From an uncultured bacterium (lineage in GTDB: Bacteria; Patescibacteriota; Minisyncoccia; Phycocordibacterales; CAIZLB01), in NCBI GenBank assembly GCA_903864515.1, contig CAIPFZ010000027.1, forward strand, positions 1 through 44,644: 44,644 bases of DNA, written 5' to 3'. A model generated the notes under the pieces. That model was given only the letters and a program-made list of their open reading frames with translations. It did not search any database and had not been told where the DNA came from. Positions 37,430 to 44,644 of this stretch are shown piece by piece. Within the stretch, counting starts at the first letter, position 1. Every line of letters starts with the position of its first letter. The position numbers were made by a program, and so were the translations under genes.

Positions 37430-37972
37430 ATGCAAGAATCTTTAAATTTAACCGATGAAGAGATAGTGGAAAAAATTCGCTTAAACGATAGGGATCTTTA
37501 TGCTGTCATAATTGATAGATATAAGAATAAGCTTTTGAGATATGCTGGTAATTTAGTTCATGATGAAGATAAAGCAAGTCACATTGTCCAAGACTCATTA
37601 GTAAAAGCCTACATAAATCTTAATGGTTTTAATACAAAATATAAATTTTCAAGTTGGATATACAGAATTGTACACAATGAAGCGATAAACATCATAAAGA
37701 AACATAAAAAGGAAATTCCGCTATTAGATGATTTTGATTTTGAAAGCGAGGAAGATATTGCAAAAGACTTTGATAAAAAAGAAATGATAATATATTTAGA
37801 GAAATGTTTGGATTCAATACCACTCATGTATTCTGAACCACTCACTTTATATTATTTAGAAGAAAAATCATATGAAGAAATAAGTGATATTCTGAGAATT
37901 CCAACAGGTACAGTAGCTACAAGAATTAATAGAGCCAAGAAATTAATGAAAAAAACATGTCAAAAGAATTAG
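37430..37972 (+). CDS. ECF RNA polymerase sigma factor
   Basis: region 2 IVQD...KFSSWIYRIVHN; region 4 SYEEISDILRIPTGTVATRINRAK. Confidence 0.92.
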   Translation: MQESLNLTDEEIVEKIRLNDRDLYAVIIDRYKNKLLRYAGNLVHDEDKASHIVQDSLVKAYINLNGFNTKYKFSSWIYRIVHNEAINIIKKHKKEIPLLDDFDFESEEDIAKDFDKKEMIIYLEKCLDSIPLMYSEPLTLYYLEEKSYEEISDILRIPTGTVATRINRAKKLMKKTCQKN

Positions 37973-38478
37973 ATAAAATCAATAAAATTGAAGACAATAT
38001 CATGAATCAAATTCATGATGGTAAAATAAAGATGCGCCCTAAATCATATTTTATATTTGGATCAATACTTACTTTTATAGGACTTGTATCGTCCGTAATA
38101 GCATCAGTCTTCTTATTTGGCTTAATACGATTCTCCATACGATCTCACGGGCCAATGGGTAGTTATAAATTTGAAAAGATGCTATCAAATTTCCCCTGGT
38201 GGGCATTACTACTTGCAATTGTAGGTCTAATAGCTGGTATATGGCTACTTCGTAAATATGACTTTTCATTTAAAGTCAATTTCAAAGCGATTATTGTATT
38301 ATTTATTCTAGCCATAATGATTGGTGGCTGGATAATTGATAGCACAGGACTAAATGATAAGTTAATTCAACGTGGTCCAATGCGAGGCGTTATGAGACAG
38401 TATATGCAGGAGCCTAATTTACAGATGGACAATAATGCAGGCCGAGGCTGGGGTAAAGTAAACAAAGATTCAAATTAG
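37957..38478 (+). CDS. membrane protein, candidate anti-sigma factor
   Basis: overlaps the sigma stop codon; three TMs. Confidence 0.6.
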   Translation: MSKELDKINKIEDNIMNQIHDGKIKMRPKSYFIFGSILTFIGLVSSVIASVFLFGLIRFSIRSHGPMGSYKFEKMLSNFPWWALLLAIVGLIAGIWLLRKYDFSFKVNFKAIIVLFILAIMIGGWIIDSTGLNDKLIQRGPMRGVMRQYMQEPNLQMDNNAGRGWGKVNKDSN

Positions 38479-38549
38479 ATATAAGGATATTTACTGTTTT
38501 TATACTTATCACATTACTACATTTGCCTAAAGATGGTAAAATAATATCT

Positions 38550-39152
38550 ATGAACAAAACAATTATAGCAACATTAGTCATTGGGATTCTAGCTGGTGGA
38601 ATTTCAATAAGTATCGCATCAAATTATAATAAGAAAGAATCAGATGTATCTCTGTTGGGTATGCAGACAAGTAGACAAAACAATAGTATCAACAAGGAAA
38701 ACTGTTTAGCTGATGAATGTTTATTAATTAATAATTTAGATTATCCAGTTGGAAAATTGAATGATAATATCAAAAAATCACTAGACAAAGCTATTCAAGA
38801 TGAATATAAAGCCAGATCAACATATGAGGCAGTAATTAAAAAGTTTGGATCTGTTAGACCATTCTCTATGATAATCAGAGCAGAAGAACAGCATATTAAT
38901 TCATTAAAAGCTATTTACGATAAATATGGAGTAGATATCCCAGAAGAGAAGAAACAACAAATTGTCTTACCAGAAACATTAAAAGAAGTGTGCTCAATCG
39001 GAGTTAAAGCAGAAATTGATAATGTAAAACTTTATAAGGAAGAATTATTACAAAATGTTTCTACTCATGAAGATATAGTATTTGTATTTACAAACCTTAT
39101 GAATGCTTCTCAAGATAAGCACCTACCTGCTTTTGAGAGATGTGCTAGATAG
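38550..39152 (+). CDS. membrane-anchored ferritin-like (DUF2202-type) protein
   Basis: DEYKA..TY, AEEQH, AEIDN..LY, AS..KHL.AF. Confidence 0.75.
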   Translation: MNKTIIATLVIGILAGGISISIASNYNKKESDVSLLGMQTSRQNNSINKENCLADECLLINNLDYPVGKLNDNIKKSLDKAIQDEYKARSTYEAVIKKFGSVRPFSMIIRAEEQHINSLKAIYDKYGVDIPEEKKQQIVLPETLKEVCSIGVKAEIDNVKLYKEELLQNVSTHEDIVFVFTNLMNASQDKHLPAFERCAR

Positions 39153-39199
39153 CTTTTTACTGGGTATAATACACCAAGACTCCGATTAATTACGGGGAC

Positions 39200-39583
39200 T
39201 TACAGTCTTGGAATAATACCTCCATTATAAATTACAAATGAAATTGATAGGATGATTGTCAAAATATTAATCACCACAAAGAGTGTGTATATTTTATGAT
39301 CATACATTTTTGAGTGATCTGTTTTATCAGCCCTCCTAATTAATATGGATGATTTTATAGAAACAAAAATAGCAACAATACAATAAATTGAGAATAATCC
39401 CCAAAATATATTACCCTCATGTGTCATAGAAAAATTAAGGCCGCCTCCTTCAAAAACACCTTCTATCCAAAAATAGTAGAACGATGCTATTACAGCAGAC
39501 CACCACATGGGATTAAAGACCTGAGCTAAAAGAGAGGTTATGGTTATTGTTTTTAATATTAATTTATTGGAATTTTTTTGCAT
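39200..39583 (-). CDS. hypothetical membrane protein
   Basis: 127 aa, about three TMs. Confidence 0.65.
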   Translation of the reverse strand: MQKNSNKLILKTITITSLLAQVFNPMWWSAVIASFYYFWIEGVFEGGGLNFSMTHEGNIFWGLFSIYCIVAIFVSIKSSILIRRADKTDHSKMYDHKIYTLFVVINILTIILSISFVIYNGGIIPRL

Positions 39584-39845
39584 ATTTCTAAGATTATTTA
39601 ATTAGTTATCATATACCTTTTTCTTACAATATAACTTAATATTAGAAATACAGCATCATATTTTTCACCATTACCAGCTAAACTTCTCCAACTCTGAACT
39701 TCTTGATTAAACTCGTATGGAGATGTTTGCATAAAAGCATTATATTCACGACTTTCCATGTGGAGATTGTATCATAATTTAGTGAAAATTAAGAGGACAA
39801 TTTTATTGAATTGATTACATTCAACAATCATGATAATATACAATT

Positions 39846-39947
39846 ATGAAAACAAATAACACATGTCTGAATTCTCAGAGCCTCCTCAAGGGGTGTGTTA
39901 TTGTTGGCTCTATTTCTTTTTGTTCTACTTTTAATTTTGCTGCATAG
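39846..39947 (+). CDS. putative 33-aa leader peptide upstream of PheRS-like gene
   Basis: MKTNNTCLNSQSLLKGCVIVGSISFCSTFNFAA; TGaTAATAT 6 nt before ATG; hairpin over the stop codon. Confidence 0.5.
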   Translation: MKTNNTCLNSQSLLKGCVIVGSISFCSTFNFAA

Positions 39948-40021
39948 CGCAGCAAATATATTTAATTTTAACCTATATTATTAGACACAATTAATGTCCA
40001 AAACGGACAAGTTTTAAACAT

Positions 40022-41149
40022 ATGAAAATGTATATAAAGCCTCTCACGAAGGAGGCCCTAAATGAATATTTAGAGGTAAAGGACCTCACGGAATCACAAA
40101 ATCCACATGCTATAAAAATGGTCTATGAAAAAATCAGGGACTATATATACTCTGTACATAAACAAAGTGATGTTAGAGTACACAGGAAGGATCCCATAGT
40201 AACAGTTGCAGATAACTTTGATAATTTACTATTCCCTGTAGATAACATTGGTCGATCTTCAACATACACTCACTACATAGACGATACACACATATTACGT
40301 ACCCACACCACAGCTAATATGCCAGGCATATTACGAGATCTAGCAGAAAGTGACGACTGGGAAGATGTCGTGATTCTTTTGCCTGGATTAGTTTACAGAA
40401 GAGATGTATCCGATAAAAAACACGTCGGTGAAGTTCACATGCTTGAAATGTGGAGAATTGTCAAAAATATATCACGTAAAGTTATATCCAAGGATGATTT
40501 ATTAGATGTCGTTAGAGGAGTTGCAGAAACAGCGGCACCAGGATGGAAGCTTCGCATAGAAGACTCTCCCCACCCCTACACAAAGGAGGGTGTTGAAGTT
40601 AATGCAATGAAGGATGATCATGACATAGAGATATTAGAGTGTGGTCTCATAAAGGACGAAATACTTTCACAGGCCGGGATTGATCCTGTGAACTATTCAG
40701 GATGGGCGCTCGGTATAGGTCTTGATCGTCTTGTTATGACTCTCAAGGAGATACCTGATATCAGATACCTTAGATCTACCAATCTAAAAATTGCGGAACA
40801 AATGGTAAATCTTGAAACTTATCACGAAGTCTCAAACCAGCCAGCCATCAGACGTGATATGTCATATGTTGTACCAGAGGAGTATGTGGATGAAGATATA
40901 AGTGAAGATATCAGAAGATCACTCGGTGACAAGGTGGACACGCTAGAGAGTGTGGAGATATTAGATCAAACACCATATTCAAAACTTCCGGATAAAATAA
41001 GAGAAAGACTAGGTTGTGATGCGTCACAGAAGAATGTCTTGGTTAGAATAACACTCAGACATCTTGAAAGAAGTATTACAAATGAAGAGGCTAATCAAAT
41101 TTATGATGAGATTTATGGAAGAATAAATAAAGGAACTGGAGGTTATTAG
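40022..41149 (+). CDS. single-chain (mitochondrial-type) phenylalanyl-tRNA synthetase-like protein with FDX-ACB domain
   Basis: LRTHTT, PGLVYRRD, EILECG, GWALGIGLDRLVM..IPDIR; C-terminal PAIRRDMS..T.EEAN. Confidence 0.85.
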   Translation: MKMYIKPLTKEALNEYLEVKDLTESQNPHAIKMVYEKIRDYIYSVHKQSDVRVHRKDPIVTVADNFDNLLFPVDNIGRSSTYTHYIDDTHILRTHTTANMPGILRDLAESDDWEDVVILLPGLVYRRDVSDKKHVGEVHMLEMWRIVKNISRKVISKDDLLDVVRGVAETAAPGWKLRIEDSPHPYTKEGVEVNAMKDDHDIEILECGLIKDEILSQAGIDPVNYSGWALGIGLDRLVMTLKEIPDIRYLRSTNLKIAEQMVNLETYHEVSNQPAIRRDMSYVVPEEYVDEDISEDIRRSLGDKVDTLESVEILDQTPYSKLPDKIRERLGCDASQKNVLVRITLRHLERSITNEEANQIYDEIYGRINKGTGGY

Positions 41150-41165
41150 TCCGCAATATATTACG

Positions 41166-41642
41166 TTATCTTAATTGAGAAAACTCGCTCACTCGTTCCC
41201 AATCGTAATACGTAGATGAAGCATTAGGAAGCGCCTCTTCAAATAGCTTTCGCTCAATAGAGTATACTTTTTCTCCAGCCACAATACGGTACTGTTGTCC
41301 AAGACCTGCAGAGTAACACTGAATCTTTCCAGCGTTTGATGTATCACCCTCATACTTTCCAGGAAGTTTTGAGCAACTTCCATCTACTGTATCAATTAGC
41401 TTGCGGTCTGATAAATTGCTCTTATACGTTGCCAAAAGATACACGCTTGTTTGAGGTTGACCATCCAGATTAAGAGTTGAATCTTCTTCAAAGTCCCAGT
41501 TGAATGATGATATGGGTGTAAGAACACCATCTTGTTTTGTAGACACCGCAGGGGTTTCAACTCCCCTGTCTTTTGCAATAAAAATCAAAGAAATTATCAC
41601 TACTGCAATTATAATAAGTATGTAGATGAGAGTTTTTTTCAT
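41166..41642 (-). CDS. hypothetical membrane-anchored protein
   Basis: N-terminal TM, two Cys; TGgTATAAT 6 nt before ATG. Confidence 0.75.
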   Translation of the reverse strand: MKKTLIYILIIIAVVIISLIFIAKDRGVETPAVSTKQDGVLTPISSFNWDFEEDSTLNLDGQPQTSVYLLATYKSNLSDRKLIDTVDGSCSKLPGKYEGDTSNAGKIQCYSAGLGQQYRIVAGEKVYSIERKLFEEALPNASSTYYDWERVSEFSQLR

Positions 41643-41722
41643 ACCTTAATTATACCATACAACAGAAGAGTTAGAGTTTGGTAGTCCACGGGCAATTTAA
41701 TATTAAATTGAAATATGCCAAA

Positions 41723-42151
41723 TTACTTCTCAGCCAATGATTTTAAGACATCTAGCGCCTTGGGCCACATTTCATTCATCATTTACTCATAACATTCAGG
41801 AATATTAACAAGCTCAATATCCAGTTGTGTACCACCTTCTTTTTCTGTAAGGATATAATTTTCAAAACCATCTCCATCTTCTTCGGAAAGTTTTTCAACC
41901 CCACCTTCTATAACGCCCAGATGTTAGATAGAGATATATTTGAAAGGTATATTCTTTTCTATACGACTAACCATACCTCCGTCACTACTACCAAGAAAAA
42001 GCATTTTTGATCCTTCACTCCAATCGCCCTGATAATGTGAATCTCCATCGAACGGTTTTGTCAATTCTCTATAGGTTACATCATCGAGCTGTGTACTCCA
42101 CACCTTTTCTTTTGATGCTTTTACATAAGTTGAAAATTTTAAAGTATTCAT
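41723..42151 (-). pseudogene. SRPBCC/AHSA1-family pseudogene with two in-frame TAA stops
   Basis: frame continues past TAA 41926-41924 (HLG...FENY) and TAA 41785-41783 to WPKALDVLKSLAEK. Confidence 0.8.
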
Positions 42152-42286
42152 ATGATTGATTATTATTTACCTGCAAATATATTTTACATAAATTGCAGTG
42201 TGTTATTTTGATAATAGTAAGATCTAACTATGTATATTTTATCATTTTATGTTTACTATATAGTGCTAACTTACAAAGCAAGCAGT

Positions 42287-42610
42287 CTATCCAGGCCAGC
42301 GAGTATTAAATAGGATTAAAATATAAGACATCAAAAATGCACCCATCGCTAATATTGAGACGATGCATATCATGACAATATCTTTCCATACTTTAGAATA
42401 GTCTTCATTTAAAATATCTTTTGATACTACAATTAATAATAAAACCATGTGGATTACAAAGAAAGTAATTTGCACACAAAATGAATTTGATGGATGCACA
42501 AATAAATTTCCCAAATTTTCCCGTCCAGGCCAATCGGCAAGATATAAAGGGAACTGGATTAAGGAGTAACAAATGGCAATTATTGAATTATAAAGTACGT
42601 TCTTAGTCAT
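42287..42610 (-). CDS. hypothetical membrane protein
   Basis: 107 aa hydrophobic; extended -10 7 nt before ATG. Confidence 0.6.
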   Translation of the reverse strand: MTKNVLYNSIIAICYSLIQFPLYLADWPGRENLGNLFVHPSNSFCVQITFFVIHMVLLLIVVSKDILNEDYSKVWKDIVMICIVSILAMGAFLMSYILILFNTRWPG

Positions 42611-42665
42611 TTGTTTAATATTAACAATATATTCAAAAAAAACAATCCATTAACACAACTAGAAA

Positions 42666-43949
42666 TTACAAAAACAGCAAGTTCTTGTCTAAATCCTCAG
42701 ATTCCGTTCCACCATCTTGAGACCTATAATCAAGTGCGTTTTTGGTTGATCCAAGGTATATAACTATTTTGCCAAATTTCTCTTCCAGTGAGTCAATTTG
42801 CTTATGTATTGTGTCAAACTTTAATGCTTTTGCATTACTCTCAAATAAGTCATTTTGTGGTACAAAATTAGCTGTTAAATCCAGAAGGGTCACTCCTGTT
42901 GTTCTGTATAATACTCCTCTTTTATGTATTCCTTCAAATTCTTTATGAACTAGTGGGAGTAAAATCTCAGGAGAGTTTGAAGGTGAAGGTAATAAAATTA
43001 AAGCTGTTATAAATTCAAAATCTTTTGTTTTAAGAAAAATTGAAAGCTTTTTGGGAACAAGATTGAAATGTCTCGCCTTCCTGCACGCTTCCTCAATATG
43101 TTTTGAAATTTGAGACCAAAGAAAATTTTTGTCATTTGTTGATGGATGAAATGAGCGAGTCTTTTGTAGTGATGAGTAAACTGTCTTTGATTCAGAATTT
43201 ATCTCCATTACAGAAATACCATGAAGCTCCTTCCAAATTGTCTCATACGGCTTTGATAGAATTAATTTAATCCATGCGATGTCTTTATCGTAAAAATCTT
43301 TTGCTGTTATTATATCCTTCTTATTCAATTGCTCTGCAGTTCTTGGGCCTATGCCCCAGATTTTTTTGACGGGAACTTTTTCTAAAAAATCTGGGGCTGA
43401 CTCCCTATCAATCACCGTCAATCCATTTGGCTTAACCCAATTTGATGCAACCTTTGCAAGAACTTTTGTTGGAGCAAGACCAATTGAAACTGACAAATCC
43501 AATTCTTCATTAACCTCTTTTTTAATTCTTTCAGCAATTTGTCTATAAGTCATACCAAGCGGTTTATCAAGACCAGTTAATTCTCCAAAACATTCATCTA
43601 TACTATACTCCTCAACATCGTCAACGTATCTCCTGACTATATCAAACATCTTAGTGGAATATTTTACATACGCCTTGTAGTCACCTGATAAAATTATAAC
43701 GTTTGGAAATTCTCTTTTAACTTTAAAAATAGGCATTCCTCTAGTTATTCCAAGTGCCTTAGCTTCATATGAAAGTGCAGAAACAATCCCTCGCTCTTCT
43801 CCTGTAACAACAGGGAGTCCCCGTAGTTTTGGATTCTTTGCAATTTCAACACCAACAAAAAAGGCATCCCCATCTATGTGGAGTATGACTTTTTCTTTCT
43901 TGGCATTAGCTGTACCAGATTCAATTATGTTCATATTACATGAGCTCAC
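42666..43949 (-). CDS. dinB: Y-family DNA polymerase (DinB/Pol IV-like)
   Basis: HIDGDAFF, SYEAK, YSIDE, LAKVAS..KPNG, IWGIG. Confidence 0.92.
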   Translation of the reverse strand: MSSCNMNIIESGTANAKKEKVILHIDGDAFFVGVEIAKNPKLRGLPVVTGEERGIVSALSYEAKALGITRGMPIFKVKREFPNVIILSGDYKAYVKYSTKMFDIVRRYVDDVEEYSIDECFGELTGLDKPLGMTYRQIAERIKKEVNEELDLSVSIGLAPTKVLAKVASNWVKPNGLTVIDRESAPDFLEKVPVKKIWGIGPRTAEQLNKKDIITAKDFYDKDIAWIKLILSKPYETIWKELHGISVMEINSESKTVYSSLQKTRSFHPSTNDKNFLWSQISKHIEEACRKARHFNLVPKKLSIFLKTKDFEFITALILLPSPSNSPEILLPLVHKEFEGIHKRGVLYRTTGVTLLDLTANFVPQNDLFESNAKALKFDTIHKQIDSLEEKFGKIVIYLGSTKNALDYRSQDGGTESEDLDKNLLFL

Positions 43950-44016
43950 ATCGATATTGTATCACAACAAGAGCATGTCAATATCTTGAATTTTAAAGGC
44001 TCCGATAAACGCTAGT

Positions 44017-44644
44017 TTATTTTAGGAATTTAATAGTTGAAAGGAATTTATCAAAATTAGATACGTCATATAACAATACTTCATTTCTGGTGTCAAACGT
44101 GGGACTTGTAAAAGTTATACTTATGTATTTTCCGTCTTCTTTCTGTAAACCAACCATAACAACCTTCTGATATCCAATTACTAAATAAGTATCACCGACT
44201 TTATAATCAGAGAATACAGGACGAGCTTCTGTAGAATAAATAGCATTACTATTGCCTATTTTCTTCTTGATATAGGGATGTATTATGTATTGAGAATTAT
44301 TAGTATTTTTAACAAACTGATCAAGTAGACCTTCTCCTGTTTGACTAAAAATCTCAACATCTGGATCTATTTTACATTTAGCTGTTAAATTATAAGTTCC
44401 GTCTGGGCACACTTCAGGCATATGAGTATCTATTCTAAGCATAAAAGGTTTACCATATTGAAATACATCACCCCACTTTTCAGGATATTTAAAATAAATT
44501 TCACCTCTTTTGTCTAAATACTCCTTCCAAGTAGAATCTGTTCCAGTATTTAAATATTGATTGATATATAAATAGGACCCTAATCCAACCACAGAAATAG
44601 TAACAAATATTATAAAGGCATATATTCTAAATCTTTTCCTTTTA
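44017..44644 (-). CDS. hypothetical membrane-anchored protein, 5' end beyond window
   Basis: frame is open to the window end, adding a basic and hydrophobic segment upstream of the track ORF. Confidence 0.7.
   Translation of the reverse strand, partial: KRKRFRIYAFIIFVTISVVGLGSYLYINQYLNTGTDSTWKEYLDKRGEIYFKYPEKWGDVFQYGKPFMLRIDTHMPEVCPDGTYNLTAKCKIDPDVEIFSQTGEGLLDQFVKNTNNSQYIIHPYIKKKIGNSNAIYSTEARPVFSDYKVGDTYLVIGYQKVVMVGLQKEDGKYISITFTSPTFDTRNEVLLYDVSNFDKFLSTIKFLK

Noticed and set aside
39598-39759. 53-codon minus-strand ORF MESREYNAF... with an upstream -10 box
   Set aside because: Possibly a truncated gene remnant, but no recognisable family; insufficient support
651-43548. Numerous short ORFs nested antisense or out of frame in larger genes (e.g. 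1156..1545, 9747..10160, 27420..27866)
   Set aside because: Shadow ORFs of well-supported genes, with no independent motifs
1-44644. Alternative genetic code (TGA recoding)
   Set aside because: Long genes translate intact under code 11, TGA ends plausible genes (e.g. 5129) and Trp is TGG

Overview
AT-rich bacterial DNA, standard genetic code. The gene repertoire and near-absence of Shine-Dalgarno motifs resemble Patescibacteria/CPR, which is an inference and not shown directly. The first ~25 kb is an array of eight diverged Leu/Ile/Val-type (LivJ/LivK-like) substrate-binding protein (SBP) genes and seven TrmB-family regulator genes, mostly as divergent pairs with variable cargo genes between them. 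Only one LivM-like permease and no ABC ATPase are in view. Inside pair 5 are three ~80-nt direct repeats (13.05, 13.66, 14.25 kb). On the minus strand each reads as a complete type III hammerhead ribozyme with covarying stem II, preceded by a strong hairpin, with one ribozyme after each of three small cargo ORFs: a ribozyme-punctuated gene array. Other notable items are an unassigned ~270-nt structured RNA at 25.13-25.40 kb, a divergent HemB-like enzyme in an SBP-methyltransferase operon, a PEP-CTERM protein, an orphan Pycsar-effector-like protein, a single-chain PheRS-like protein with a Phe-containing leader ORF, and pervasive extended -10 boxes 6-8 nt before start codons (leaderless genes). 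The right half holds mostly ordinary accessory genes. All calls are by eye from motifs; no database searches were run.
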